Source: Candidatus Woesebacteria bacterium
GTDB taxonomy: Bacteria > Patescibacteriota > Microgenomatia > UBA8517
Reading direction: 5' to 3'
Assembly (NCBI GenBank): GCA_016700095.1
Contig: CP065002.1
Coordinates: 932,145 to 996,144, forward strand
Length of the DNA stretch: 64,000 nt
Position 1 is the stretch's first letter; every line of letters begins with the position of its first letter. The notes below the pieces were generated by a model. That model searched no databases. It was not told the origin of the DNA and saw nothing but the letters and a program-made list of their open reading frames with translations. The position numbers and the translations under genes are program-made. Positions 10,261 to 21,357 of this stretch are shown here, piece by piece.

Positions 10261-11802
10261 CTATTTTATTTTTTCGCGTTCTTGAACTCTTAACTCGCCC
10301 CAGTATTTCTCATCGACTAAACGAGACTTGCTATTTTCTTCGGCAAGTGTTTCATCCAGATATCTCATTGGAATACCACCCATTGGTTCAATAATCAGAA
10401 AATACTTATCAACGTTTTCATCCACACTTGGTAAAGCAGTAAGTTGCCCCTCTTGACCTTTGCCATGCCAAAAAGGCACGTAACCATATTGGGCATCACC
10501 ATACCATTCAAACAAATAACTCCATACTATGTTAATCCAAAGCGGACTGGTTAGGGAATTAACACTAAATTGTTTACCTTCCGATTCGGCATACATATAA
10601 TCAAGTGCCGAAATTTGTTTGGCTAACGTCATCTCTTTTTGTATTGAAAATATTGTTTGCCCTTTCGGATTTTCCTTTTTTATCATATTTAAATTGCCAA
10701 ACACTACGATGGCAACGATTATACAGACAAATATTTTTTTACCCTCGCTATACCACATATACAAACAAACCGCCATAATTATAGCTACGGCAGGACCTAT
10801 ACCTACCAACAAAAATGGGGTTGCGGTTCCACCAACTGTCACTACGGTTAAGTGTGCCATTAACCAAATCGCCAAGAACGGCTCCCAAGATATGGAAGTA
10901 TTTTTAGATTTTTTCCATGTGTAAATTGAAATCACAATCAACATCAGGATAAACACTCCCCCATAACCAATATTTCCGGGGTATGAGTTATAAGCATAGA
11001 CATTACCCAATTGATTAAAAAATAAGATAATAAAATCACCCAACTTCTTAGAAGCGATAATTGAATCTTGAGAGGTTAATATCGATAACACTCCGGAAAA
11101 ACTTTTAAATCCAAATTTTGCCTCTGACACAATAAACGAAGAAAGTGTAAGCGTTAACGGAATCAAAAAATACACCATACTTTTTACGCTTATTTTTTTC
11201 CGTGCAAAATTAAGCCAAATGAAAAGCGGTACGATATGGTACAAAAGAAAGATATTTGCTTGTATCGACAAACCCAGACCAATGGCAGTCATAACTGGAT
11301 ATGCTAAGTAGTACTTATTCTTAATGTTGTGTGTAATCCACAACCATAATCCCAAGTAACAAAGTGGGGCCGTCCAAATTCCAATTGTGGGATTTGATAA
11401 CCAAGATGAATATTGAGTTGCTTCAAAAGAAATTGCATATAAAAATGCCGCCAATATTCCGGCTTTTTCATTTTTAGTTATGTTGGCTGCAAATATATAA
11501 ACAATAAATACTACTGCTGAATTAAATATTGCGTTCCAATACGCTGAAGCAACGGGGTTTCCGCCGCTTATTAAATTCGGGGGTACTAAATAATAAAACC
11601 AAAATACACCATGGTGCATTCCGGGTGTCGATGCAGGCGGACCTTGAATTTTAAAATCGCCGGTAATAATATTTTGTGCTTGTAACGCATCCCTTGCCTG
11701 GTCATAACCAAAGGTCAGGGATTTTTGCGGTAGATACCACACTCTCAACACATAAGCAAAAATAAAAATAGTGCTTAATAAAAAAAGAGTAGTTTTTTTC
11801 AT
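10261..11802 (-). CDS. GT-C-like membrane glycosyltransferase (DQxRD subfamily).
   Basis: 513 aa. Motifs TFGYDQARDALQA, IQGPPASTPGMHHGVFW and YSSWLSNPT. C-terminal SPLWINIVWSYLFEWYGDAQYGYVP...IIEP. Confidence 0.7.
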   Translation of the reverse strand: MKKTTLFLLSTIFIFAYVLRVWYLPQKSLTFGYDQARDALQAQNIITGDFKIQGPPASTPGMHHGVFWFYYLVPPNLISGGNPVASAYWNAIFNSAVVFIVYIFAANITKNEKAGILAAFLYAISFEATQYSSWLSNPTIGIWTAPLCYLGLWLWITHNIKNKYYLAYPVMTAIGLGLSIQANIFLLYHIVPLFIWLNFARKKISVKSMVYFLIPLTLTLSSFIVSEAKFGFKSFSGVLSILTSQDSIIASKKLGDFIILFFNQLGNVYAYNSYPGNIGYGGVFILMLIVISIYTWKKSKNTSISWEPFLAIWLMAHLTVVTVGGTATPFLLVGIGPAVAIIMAVCLYMWYSEGKKIFVCIIVAIVVFGNLNMIKKENPKGQTIFSIQKEMTLAKQISALDYMYAESEGKQFSVNSLTSPLWINIVWSYLFEWYGDAQYGYVPFWHGKGQEGQLTALPSVDENVDKYFLIIEPMGGIPMRYLDETLAEENSKSRLVDEKYWGELRVQEREKIK

Positions 11803-11931
11803 ATTCGTCTAATTATAAATCATTTAACATTAAATATTATATAGTCGTGTCTAGTTTATTTAAGTAAACTAAAATAATTACATGTGTTTAATTGAGGATG
11901 GGCAACGCTTTGATAGAAATTATAAATACCA

Positions 11932-13515
11932 TTAGTTGGCTTTCTCTACGTTCCATTCCTGGATAATAAAACCATCTATCGCGACTTCGTTTATTAATTG
12001 CCCTCTCTCACTAGCCCACATAACGATTTCTTTTTTGTACTTTTCAGGAATTCTATATGTAGTATCAATGACTACAAACATCAATTCTTCGTTGGCACTA
12101 CGAGGTAATTTATAGTAGGGATCCATCAAATCTCCACCCAACCATCCCGGCAAATAGCCATATTTTCTTAAGCCATACCAATTATAGTGATAAGACCATG
12201 TCGCGTTGTAATAAAGAGGATACGAAACGGTATTTAAAGAGAAGGGTTTCCCGTTTGCTTTTTGATAGGTAAAATCCACAACGGCAAGTTGCGAAGTTAA
12301 TACTGCGGATAAACACGGTTTAAGTAGAAAATCTTTATTACTTTTATACGCTCTAACGGTAGTGACGTTGCTTAATACTATCAAGGTAAGCAAAATCAAT
12401 GGTGTTATTCCGGGAACTCTAGATAAAACATATCCTGCAGATAGTGCTATCGCGGATAATATCCCTATTAAAAACCAAGGTTGAGTGTGATATCCGAAAA
12501 TTATCATTAAAGAAGGAGACAATAAAAATAGAAGCACAAAAACTGCTGATTGTTTAAGGTTCTTGTCTTTTGCTTTTCGAGAAACATATATTAAATAAGT
12601 AATTGTAATGAGGGCTACAAGTGTTCCAAACTTGTGAAATCCTGGTGACAGACTATTTGTAAAGATATCGAAAAAATCATTTAAAAAATAAAGTGCCCGG
12701 TTTTGAAGTGTAATGTCAGCATCGTTAAAAAACTCTGAAAAATGTGTTAGCGTGTATATCCCGGCGTATTTTAATTTTATCTCATTAACTATCATTGTCG
12801 ATGTAGCTAGAAAAAATAAAAGACATGATATTGCGACAGTTCTCAAGGTCGGAAGCCTTGGTCTAAATATCACAAGAGCAATTAACGTCGCCGGAATCAG
12901 GTACAACATAAATAGTTGCGATTGCAGGGCTAGCCCTAAAAATAATGCCGACAACTGAACACCATATTTTTTTCCTTGGATAAATCGCCAAAGAAAATAA
13001 TAGTACAAAGGAACCGTAACCAAAGTTAATGTCGTATTTGATATCCAGCCGGTGAATTGAATAGTCACAAAAGAAACTGCGAAAAGAAGTGATGATATGT
13101 ATGCCGCTTTGTTATCTTTAAACAACGCCTTTGAAAAGATAAATATTACGACAACCATTAGTGAATTTATTAGCGAATTCCACGCAGCTATATAAACGGG
13201 GTGTGCATTAAACAAGGTATATGGTAGCAAATTATAATAGAAATAAAGTACACCATGTCTTAAGTTATATAACCCATAAATCTTTCTTCCCATGACAGGT
13301 AAATCATGATATTCAACAATTTTGCGGGTATGCATCAAATCTTCGATTTGATCATAGTCAAATACTAATACATCCGGATAAAAACTATAGATTCTAATAA
13401 TGAAGGCAAATGCAAATATAAAAAATAAGGGCAACGCAAACGCCCGAAGATTGGCGTTATAGTATTTCTTTGATGTGTTTACAAAATTCTTCATATGAAT
13501 ACATGATAGCGTCAT
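11932..13515 (-). CDS. GT-C-like membrane glycosyltransferase, a divergent member of the DQxRD subfamily.
   Basis: 527 aa. Motifs VFDYDQIEDLMHT and FTGWISNTT. C-terminal SYPLYYNATWSYHYNWYGLRKYGYLP. The true start may be the internal Met at about 13494. Confidence 0.6.
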   Translation of the reverse strand: MTLSCIHMKNFVNTSKKYYNANLRAFALPLFFIFAFAFIIRIYSFYPDVLVFDYDQIEDLMHTRKIVEYHDLPVMGRKIYGLYNLRHGVLYFYYNLLPYTLFNAHPVYIAAWNSLINSLMVVVIFIFSKALFKDNKAAYISSLLFAVSFVTIQFTGWISNTTLTLVTVPLYYYFLWRFIQGKKYGVQLSALFLGLALQSQLFMLYLIPATLIALVIFRPRLPTLRTVAISCLLFFLATSTMIVNEIKLKYAGIYTLTHFSEFFNDADITLQNRALYFLNDFFDIFTNSLSPGFHKFGTLVALITITYLIYVSRKAKDKNLKQSAVFVLLFLLSPSLMIIFGYHTQPWFLIGILSAIALSAGYVLSRVPGITPLILLTLIVLSNVTTVRAYKSNKDFLLKPCLSAVLTSQLAVVDFTYQKANGKPFSLNTVSYPLYYNATWSYHYNWYGLRKYGYLPGWLGGDLMDPYYKLPRSANEELMFVVIDTTYRIPEKYKKEIVMWASERGQLINEVAIDGFIIQEWNVEKAN

Positions 13516-14494
13516 TGACAGCCTTCTTTTTCAAGGCATTTAACTGTCTTGGGTTGTCAATAATTTCTTGCGTTTGTTTCTTTAAGCCATCCTTAGTTGA
13601 CCACAATATTCCATTACTATCATTAAGTATTTCTCTGTGACCACCAGCATCCAATGCCATCGGAACACACCCTGCCGCCATTGCTTCTACAACCGTAATT
13701 CCAAAATGTTCTACTTTTTCAGGTTTAGTATTTTCATCAACATCGTATCCGGCTGCAGTCCAATATATTTTCGCTTGAGAAAACAAACTTTGTATTTTAA
13801 CAAAAGGTGGATTTTCCAAAATAGTAATCGGATAGTGTTTGGATTTCTGAATAAGATCGTCAACATAGTGAGTTCTCCCAACATCGCTTCCACCCGCAAC
13901 GATTAACTGCCATTTCTCTTTTCGCAAAACACTGTTTCTTTCATCGAACAGCGTTTTAAATACATCAATCAAAACGTCTTGTCTTTTTGATTGCTCAAGC
14001 AGCGAAAATCTACCTACCGATAAAATTGTATTAACCTTTTTTCCGGATTTGAAACTACGAACATCTACGGGAGGATAAAGTACAAATGATTTCTGAGGAT
14101 ACTCATTATCGATCCACTTTTTGGTAAAATTGGAATTTACCAACACTTTATTAATCCTAAAAAACTTCATCCTGTTTATCAATGATTTACCATCTGTTCC
14201 ATAAAAAGGACGTTGAAAATGAAGTATGTTTTTTCTTGCATAAAGTGTGGGAATACTTCCGTCCGATAACCAAAAACACAAATCATATCCATTGCCACGA
14301 TTAATAGAAGGGACTACTTTTAATTTGGTAGTATTAATACCAAGACGCTTTTGAATCTTAGTTAGTATCAGTTTGTCGCTTGACTCTATATATACATCCC
14401 ACCCCATCTCTTGCAAACATTTTGCAAAACTAATGGTATATCTTTCCCCACCACCCAAGGTGTCAAGATAAGGGCTAAATATTGCTGCTTTCAT
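13457..14494 (-). CDS. GT4-family (GT-B fold) glycosyltransferase.
   Basis: 345 aa. The C-terminal E-x7-E region EHFGITVVEAMAAGCVPMALDAGGHREIL is typical of GT4/GT1 retaining transferases. The N-terminus is FSPYLDTLGGGERY. Confidence 0.8.
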   Translation of the reverse strand: MKAAIFSPYLDTLGGGERYTISFAKCLQEMGWDVYIESSDKLILTKIQKRLGINTTKLKVVPSINRGNGYDLCFWLSDGSIPTLYARKNILHFQRPFYGTDGKSLINRMKFFRINKVLVNSNFTKKWIDNEYPQKSFVLYPPVDVRSFKSGKKVNTILSVGRFSLLEQSKRQDVLIDVFKTLFDERNSVLRKEKWQLIVAGGSDVGRTHYVDDLIQKSKHYPITILENPPFVKIQSLFSQAKIYWTAAGYDVDENTKPEKVEHFGITVVEAMAAGCVPMALDAGGHREILNDSNGILWSTKDGLKKQTQEIIDNPRQLNALKKKAVNDAIMYSYEEFCKHIKEIL

Positions 14495-14562
14495 AGAATA
14501 TGTACTTCGTAAAGAGATGCGTATTAATCGCTATTTAAGAAATTTTTTAAGTTAACATCACA

Positions 14563-15354
14563 TTAATCCGATTTTTTTTCAACTTTGTTTAGTTTCCTCT
14601 CCTGCATTTCCCATAGTTTCGCATAACTTGTAAACCTACTGTAAATCTGAAAAAGTGAATATATCACTCCTTCAGTTTTGTCTCTGAATCCTTGCTTAAG
14701 AATAAAAACGGACCAGGCTTCTCTCATTGTGGCGGTAAAAAACCTGACAATATTCATTGGTGGGTGATGGGCATCAAACATTAGTTTGGCCTCGATTTCC
14801 GACCATTTGTTAGTTTTCGCCATCATATCCGACAGGTTATCGTGTTTAAGGTGGATTAGATGATTAGATAGATAAGAAAGCTCACCGTCAAAAACAGGAC
14901 GTTCATGAACATTGCCAACCCATTTTTTCAAAGCAGATTTTCTAAACAAACGATGTTGGTAATCCGGCCATTGTCCACCGAATCGAAATTCTTTTCCAAA
15001 TATTATGTTTTTTCTTGGTACTGCATAGGCAGTAAAGCGAAGCTGGGTATCAGTGACAATAGAAAGCATTTCCTTCTTTAGGTCATCCGTAATTCTTTCG
15101 TCGCAATCCAAATAAAACAACCATTCTCCTTTAGCTTTTTTCTTTCCCTCATCCCGTAAGCGATTGAAATCTCCTTTTGCTTTTTCGTATACTTTTGCAC
15201 CCGCTCGGCGTGATACTTCTGACGTCAAATCACTTGAGTAATTATCAATTACTATTACTTCGTCCGCAAAACCAGCCGATTCAATAGCATCGACGATTTT
15301 ACTCTGCTCATTTTTTGCAATTATTACAACCGAAAGCTTTGTTTTATTTGTCAT
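14563..15354 (-). CDS. Family 2 glycosyltransferase (LPS-core/WaaE-like type).
   Basis: 263 aa. Motifs LSVVIIAKNEQSKI, VIVIDNYSSD and YLDCDER. It is paralogous to 16293..17192. Confidence 0.8.
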   Translation of the reverse strand: MTNKTKLSVVIIAKNEQSKIVDAIESAGFADEVIVIDNYSSDLTSEVSRRAGAKVYEKAKGDFNRLRDEGKKKAKGEWLFYLDCDERITDDLKKEMLSIVTDTQLRFTAYAVPRKNIIFGKEFRFGGQWPDYQHRLFRKSALKKWVGNVHERPVFDGELSYLSNHLIHLKHDNLSDMMAKTNKWSEIEAKLMFDAHHPPMNIVRFFTATMREAWSVFILKQGFRDKTEGVIYSLFQIYSRFTSYAKLWEMQERKLNKVEKKSD

Positions 15355-15355
15355 G

Positions 15356-16285
15356 TTAATTCCAACTTCCCTTCTCTAAATTTCCCAACACATAATCTTT
15401 TATTCCTATTTTTTGCCATTTTCTTCCGTGTACTAATAAACGGACAGCTTCACGCATTATAGCAAATTTTGTCCGACTACTTGCATATTTCATCGCGAAA
15501 AGTAAACGATTTCTTGAAATGAAGTAATCGTTTAAATAACCGCCTATTTGAGAACTTTGCGATACTTTGTGCCATACTACCGCTTTCGGAACAAAACATA
15601 TTTGGAATCCGGCTTTTCTCACTCTCTCTGAAAAATCCATGTCCTCCAAATACATATAGTATTTTTCATCAAACATGCCAACTTTTTTTATTACCTCTGC
15701 CTTAACAAACAAACAAGCACCGCTTGCAAAGTCCACTTCATCAACTTCATCAAACTGTCCGGTATCTACCTCATCAACACCTCTATTGGTACCGTAAATA
15801 TTATTCCAATCAACATTTCCCCCAACTGCCCAAATAACTTTTCCTAAGTTGTGTTTTTTATACCTTTCTTTATGGAATTCGTAACCTTTGGCAAAATATA
15901 TTTTAGGCGATAAAATACCCGCTGAAGGATTTGAATAAATCTCCCTAAGTAGTTCGACAATTAACTTACTATCGGCTTTAGTGTCGTTATTTAATAACAC
16001 TAAATAATCAGCTCCCTGCTTTATTGCATACTTGATTCCGATATTATTTCCCTTGGCAAAACCATAATTTTCCTTATTAACTAACAATTTATATGCAGCT
16101 TTCTGGAGTTTGATATTTGAAAGTTTGTCTTTACTGTCATCACTTGATGCGTTATCAACAACAATCACCTGTAATTTATAATTATCAACTTGGAGTTGAT
16201 CTAGCGATTCTAAACACTCCAGAGTAAGTCCCGGTTTATTCCAATTTAATATTATTATTGCAACTTTAGGAATCTTATTTTTCAT
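15356..16285 (-). CDS. Family 2 glycosyltransferase.
   Basis: 309 aa. Motifs VAIIILNWNKPGLT, VVDNASSDDS, LLNNDT and YLEDMDF. Confidence 0.85.
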   Translation of the reverse strand: MKNKIPKVAIIILNWNKPGLTLECLESLDQLQVDNYKLQVIVVDNASSDDSKDKLSNIKLQKAAYKLLVNKENYGFAKGNNIGIKYAIKQGADYLVLLNNDTKADSKLIVELLREIYSNPSAGILSPKIYFAKGYEFHKERYKKHNLGKVIWAVGGNVDWNNIYGTNRGVDEVDTGQFDEVDEVDFASGACLFVKAEVIKKVGMFDEKYYMYLEDMDFSERVRKAGFQICFVPKAVVWHKVSQSSQIGGYLNDYFISRNRLLFAMKYASSRTKFAIMREAVRLLVHGRKWQKIGIKDYVLGNLEKGSWN

Positions 16286-16292
16286 TGACTGT

Positions 16293-17192
16293 TCAGGGTA
16301 ACTTGAATTTTCGTTTTACTTGATTAACGATTCCCCCGTGTTTAATGCATAAAACATTGGCATTCCAATAATTTAATTCTTTTTGAGATGTTTTTAATTC
16401 TTTTATAATCTCCTCGGTGTCGATAATCTGACTTTTGAACTTAGATAGTTCCCATAATTTAAGGTACAAAACCAACTCGGAAAAAGCCTGAAGTAGCGAT
16501 AAACCCAAACCGTGGATTCCGTCTTTATACCCTTCACCTTGAAAGTATCTGCTTAAAAACTCACTCATCGGTTTTCGGATTAAATCGCGCCACTTAAAGT
16601 AATATTTGTTTTTTCTCATCTCTTTGGCTTGCATCGTAGTATACCGATTCATCCGTGCTACGTACTGATCAATAGTATCGTAGTGGTGATGAACAATCGC
16701 ATTTTCTTCATTCCCCTCAAGGTCTATGCCCTTACCTTTCGTAGTTGGAACCGAGTGAATAAGTTCACTCCACTCTACGAATCCTTTTTTAAAAAAACGT
16801 ATATTATAGTCAGGCCACCACCGGGAATGTTTTATCCACTTACCAAAAACAATATTTTTCCTGGGCAAACGATAGTAATCAGCCGTTGGAGTTTCCCGAA
16901 GTTTCTTTAACGTGTGAACCAATTGGGCGGTTAATTCTTCGTCAGCGTCAAGTACCAGCACCCAATCGCCGGTTGTCTTACTTATAGCAAAATTGCGCGC
17001 CGGTTCGACGTAACCCATACGAGCATGTTCGTATACACTTGCACCAGCACGCCGCGCAAGTGTGCGTGTTGCATCGGTTGACTTCATGTCAACAACAATC
17101 ACTTCATCTGCTAAATCACCCAACGACGACAAACACCTCGGAAGATTTTTTTCCTCATTGAGTGTGTTTATGACAACCGATATTTTTGCCAT
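16293..17192 (-). CDS. Family 2 glycosyltransferase, paralogue of 14563..15354.
   Basis: 299 aa. Motifs ISVVINTLNEEKNL, VIVVDMKSTD and VLDADEE. Confidence 0.8.
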   Translation of the reverse strand: MAKISVVINTLNEEKNLPRCLSSLGDLADEVIVVDMKSTDATRTLARRAGASVYEHARMGYVEPARNFAISKTTGDWVLVLDADEELTAQLVHTLKKLRETPTADYYRLPRKNIVFGKWIKHSRWWPDYNIRFFKKGFVEWSELIHSVPTTKGKGIDLEGNEENAIVHHHYDTIDQYVARMNRYTTMQAKEMRKNKYYFKWRDLIRKPMSEFLSRYFQGEGYKDGIHGLGLSLLQAFSELVLYLKLWELSKFKSQIIDTEEIIKELKTSQKELNYWNANVLCIKHGGIVNQVKRKFKLP

Positions 17193-17246
17193 ACCTTATA
17201 TTATCACGGCTATGAAATAAGCCCAACCTGGTATATTCTAGTAGAC

Positions 17247-19571
17247 ATGATAATGACGGTTGCAACACTTTTTCTAGGCTCCTCACTGGGGACGATTCTT
17301 GCGAGATTGTTAGTCAAGGCAACAAACCTACAACTAATTAATCCAACCATACCGGGAGTATCAAGTAATCTGGTAATATACAAAACCTTTGACTTTGTCG
17401 AATTCATTTTTGCCATCATCGCAACGCTTGGACTATTTTTCGTTAATTACGTGATTGAGAGAAGATATTTAAAGAACGCCAAAGATAATAATATCACCAA
17501 AACACCTAAAATATTTTTCTTAATTCTTTCGAGTGTTATCTTTGTTCAGACACATTTTGTAACTTCATCCGGGAAAATTGTTTTAGTACTTATTGGTGTT
17601 ATCGAATTACAATACCTTTTATTGAACAAATATCCTTTTAGGAAATTTCCCAAAAATGATATTATCTTATTAATTACTAACGGTGCTTTGACGGGATACT
17701 GGGGATTATTGATTGCAAATACATTTACGACAAGTATTGCTATTCCGGTTTCAATTTTCTTGTTTTGTGTCTTTTGGTATGTATTACTCGGCCAAAGATA
17801 CAAAAATATATTACTTAGTCCCTTCCACTTAGTGCTTCCACTTGGATTATTTTTTCCGACAAACACGGGTTTCTTGTTTATTCTTGGGGGAGTTAGTGTG
17901 TTTTTAATTTTACTTTTTAAAGACAAATTTTCAAAGTTATCGCACACTCGGCAAAAAAGGACGGACAACATTTTGTCGTTTCTTCAATATGTTGGATATG
18001 GAAAAATAAACTTCAATTTCGTTTACTCCTTTTTATATCCTGTGTTAATTATCGTGGTTATATATTACAACCCGCTTTATTATGCAGGTAATCTAGATAG
18101 TGTAGAAGAAGGTTTTTGGTTAGCTTGGCTAGAGAGAATGAAAAATGGTCAGCATATATATAGAGATTTTGCCGCATACCATCCTCCGTTTCTTGCGTGG
18201 GGTATGTATGCGTTTGTTACTATAACCGATTTTACAATCAAAAACGTCCGGTTATTCTTACATATCTGCCAAATAATATCCGCAATTATTTTCTACTTTT
18301 TTACTAAAAACTTAGTATCCAAAAAAGTAAGTATACTTGCTACATTTCTTATTTTCCTATCAGCAACATATACCCCGGTCAGAAATAATGTTGAAATACG
18401 AACAACGATCGGATTGTTGGCAATTCTATTTTGGTTTTATTATTTACAATATAAACATACCGGATTGTTGATATTTTCTGGCTTGATTTCTTCGATATCA
18501 TTATTTACAAGCACGGAAGTCGGAATATCCGTAACTCTCGCCATTGCACTATCAATACTAATTACCGGCAGTAATAAACCCAAAAGTATTGTCATATATT
18601 TGTTTGGGTTATTTCTCGGGGTAACGCCTGTTGTTATATATCTGGCAATAAACAGTTCTTTAACACAATATATTTCTTACATCTTTTTCTACTCTTCAAC
18701 CCTTGCACAGGGATATTTTAATACAGCGGTTGAAAGGGCAATTAGTACAGCCTTTTTACGTTGGCATTTGGTGTGGCAATATTTTAGTTCGACGGCATGG
18801 CTTACCGAATTCACACGTATGGTTTTTCTCACTACTTTTATTGTTGTTGCAAAAAAAGTGTTCGACAAATCAAAAAGTAGGAGAAATATTATTTTAACAA
18901 CCTTAACTAATAAAGAAGTTCTTGCGTTTACCGTCGCGGTGTTTGGAATTATATTATTTAGATCGGTATTGGGAAGATCCGATTACTATCATGTTTTATT
19001 TGTCCTGATACCTGCATTACCACTATGTTATTTTCTATTGGAGAAATATGACAACAAGGCTGTATTCTCGACCGTTACGGCATTTTTACTATTTGTTGTC
19101 TTTGCGAAACCCGTCAACGAAACTTACCTGTCACATGTGCTTTTTAAATTCACTACTTATGCAACTATTGTGGATGAATACAAAAGTTATGACATACCAA
19201 ATAGCCAAATTCTAGTAGGCACTGAAGTTGATGTTGATAAAATCAAAGAAGTTGTCGATTACATCAATGAAAACACACACTCTCGTGATACAATTTTTGT
19301 CTTTCCTTGGAATCCCGAATTGTATTTTTTGTCCGACATCAAAAACGCCACATCGTTTGATACACCGCATGCTTTCTGGTCTGATCATTTTCAAAATATC
19401 ATGGTTTCAGAACTACAACAAAATACACCAAAGTTAATAATTCTAAATAAAACTTCTATATTTGGAAACCTTGGACCAAATAGCTTGCCACTAGTAAATG
19501 GATTTATAAACGATAATTATAAGGTTTCGAAAACATTCTACCCGTACGATATCTTGATTCCTGTGAATTAA
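17247..19571 (+). CDS. Large polytopic membrane protein of unknown function; possibly a GT-C-like transferase or polymerase.
   Basis: 774 aa. About 18 predicted hydrophobic helices. It has a loop LAWLERMKNGQHIYRDFAAYHPPF and a C-terminal soluble domain of about 150 aa. It is the only plus-strand gene in a long minus-strand glycosylation run. Confidence 0.5.
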   Translation: MIMTVATLFLGSSLGTILARLLVKATNLQLINPTIPGVSSNLVIYKTFDFVEFIFAIIATLGLFFVNYVIERRYLKNAKDNNITKTPKIFFLILSSVIFVQTHFVTSSGKIVLVLIGVIELQYLLLNKYPFRKFPKNDIILLITNGALTGYWGLLIANTFTTSIAIPVSIFLFCVFWYVLLGQRYKNILLSPFHLVLPLGLFFPTNTGFLFILGGVSVFLILLFKDKFSKLSHTRQKRTDNILSFLQYVGYGKINFNFVYSFLYPVLIIVVIYYNPLYYAGNLDSVEEGFWLAWLERMKNGQHIYRDFAAYHPPFLAWGMYAFVTITDFTIKNVRLFLHICQIISAIIFYFFTKNLVSKKVSILATFLIFLSATYTPVRNNVEIRTTIGLLAILFWFYYLQYKHTGLLIFSGLISSISLFTSTEVGISVTLAIALSILITGSNKPKSIVIYLFGLFLGVTPVVIYLAINSSLTQYISYIFFYSSTLAQGYFNTAVERAISTAFLRWHLVWQYFSSTAWLTEFTRMVFLTTFIVVAKKVFDKSKSRRNIILTTLTNKEVLAFTVAVFGIILFRSVLGRSDYYHVLFVLIPALPLCYFLLEKYDNKAVFSTVTAFLLFVVFAKPVNETYLSHVLFKFTTYATIVDEYKSYDIPNSQILVGTEVDVDKIKEVVDYINENTHSRDTIFVFPWNPELYFLSDIKNATSFDTPHAFWSDHFQNIMVSELQQNTPKLIILNKTSIFGNLGPNSLPLVNGFINDNYKVSKTFYPYDILIPVN

Positions 19572-19623
19572 TATTATTGAGGTTTTCCCTAAATAGAAGA
19601 GAACAACTATTTTCTACCAAGTA

Positions 19624-21357
19624 TTATTGGTTAATTACCTTGTATATATTTACACTTTTATTTTCAAATATTTTTATTAACCCCAGTTGTGTTTCACCAA
19701 GTTTAGCTCGTTGTCCATTTACCCAATAGATATATTTTATGTTGTTTCTTCGTAAAAAATCTTGTGCATCGTTTTGATTAAGTGTGTTAATGAATACGTC
19801 GACTTCTTTGCGCCGCGCTGGCCAATCGTAGCCAGTAATATTTAAATTAACTTCGTCTTCGAGATAGACATCATGTTTCGACAATGCGGACACATACGCA
19901 GTCGATTCATATAAATAAAGTGGTCTGGGAGGATTTGAAATCGCATCACTTGCGGCTTTTTGGTCAAAGGGGTAAGTTAGTACAACACCCTCTTCTTGAC
20001 GCGATAAATACTTTAGAGCCGATAATTCATCCAAGGGTAACATTGCCGGAGGCCTGTGTGGAATATATACATATAAAAGCGTTGTGATGGTTGTTGGTAG
20101 TGTAAAAAGAATAACACATAATCCCAGCACTACACTAATTACGGTTTTTTTGTTTATTAGAGTAGCAAGCTCAATCCCGGCAAACACTCCCGCAAATATT
20201 TGAACGTAGTAAAAAAATTGTATTGTGTTCCACGGAGTTCCCGACTGAACAAAAAAAAGCGGAAATATTATACCCAATAAAATTAACGAGATCATAAAAA
20301 TATCAATAAAGTCTGTTTTGTTTTTTGGAAATAGTCTCGTTGTGATATACCCAAGACCAATAATTCTTGTTCCCAAATTTCCGACAATAAACAACACCAG
20401 AGAAAATCCATAAAAGATTAATCCATTGATCCAATTACCAGCCAACTTGTAATTAACCATGGCAGCGCCAAATTTCTCCCAACCTACCCGGTCAGACAAC
20501 TGCATCATTGTTTCCAAAAACCAAAACGGCGACCATACAATGGTTGTCGTATTTAGATTAACAAAAGGCAGAAAGACGATAAGTGAGACAATAAGAGCTC
20601 CTGAAAATATTTTCAGTACATTAATTCCTTTTTTTGCAATAACTGCCTTGTACATTCCAGAGCAAAATAATGCAAACAATACAAGTATTCCTGCATAGAC
20701 TTTTATCGAAATCAGAATGCCAAATAACAACGTCGACATCGTCAAACTCTTTTTGTCAGTGTGAGATACTCCATTTAACATACTATTTAACCCCACAAAA
20801 ATAATTAAAATTGATAATGCAAAAGGTGGATTAATAAGTGTCGATATTGATTGTTGCGACCAGAAAGTACTTTCTCCGTCAAAACTACCAGTTTTTATAA
20901 GTGTAATAATCCACCCCAAACTTCCACCGAAATATACAAAAAAAGTTGAGAAGAAGGCGGCAAGATGCGACTTTTTCCAATTTAACACAAATCTGTATAC
21001 TGCATACCCAATTCCCAAAGACATAAGAATGGGTACTAACTGAAAATATAAAGTAATTACGGGGATGAAAGTTAACTTATGTAAAACCGCAATAATTATA
21101 TCAAAGCCCAAATGATAATTTTGCAATGGTTCTCCTGAGAATATCGGCATATTCAAACTTCCTCTAAGTAAACTTTCTATAACGGCTATATGCCAAATAC
21201 CGTCGTGGCCATTTGCGCCCCAAAATCCCAAACCATAAGTGTACGCATAACCACTTTTAACCATAGTAGTCGACCAAGCAGTACTCGCTACAATTATTAA
21301 AATCAGTGAATAGTAGTTAATTTTTCGAAAACAAATTTTTTGCAACTTTTTTAACAT
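19624..21357 (-). CDS. Polytopic membrane protein of unknown function; candidate polymerase, ligase or GT-C next to the flippase.
   Basis: 577 aa. About 12 TM helices (GFWGANGHDGIWHIAVIESL...) plus a C-terminal soluble domain. The alternative start Met at about 21267 would avoid the 41-nt overlap with wzx. Confidence 0.5.
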   Translation of the reverse strand: MLKKLQKICFRKINYYSLILIIVASTAWSTTMVKSGYAYTYGLGFWGANGHDGIWHIAVIESLLRGSLNMPIFSGEPLQNYHLGFDIIIAVLHKLTFIPVITLYFQLVPILMSLGIGYAVYRFVLNWKKSHLAAFFSTFFVYFGGSLGWIITLIKTGSFDGESTFWSQQSISTLINPPFALSILIIFVGLNSMLNGVSHTDKKSLTMSTLLFGILISIKVYAGILVLFALFCSGMYKAVIAKKGINVLKIFSGALIVSLIVFLPFVNLNTTTIVWSPFWFLETMMQLSDRVGWEKFGAAMVNYKLAGNWINGLIFYGFSLVLFIVGNLGTRIIGLGYITTRLFPKNKTDFIDIFMISLILLGIIFPLFFVQSGTPWNTIQFFYYVQIFAGVFAGIELATLINKKTVISVVLGLCVILFTLPTTITTLLYVYIPHRPPAMLPLDELSALKYLSRQEEGVVLTYPFDQKAASDAISNPPRPLYLYESTAYVSALSKHDVYLEDEVNLNITGYDWPARRKEVDVFINTLNQNDAQDFLRRNNIKYIYWVNGQRAKLGETQLGLIKIFENKSVNIYKVINQ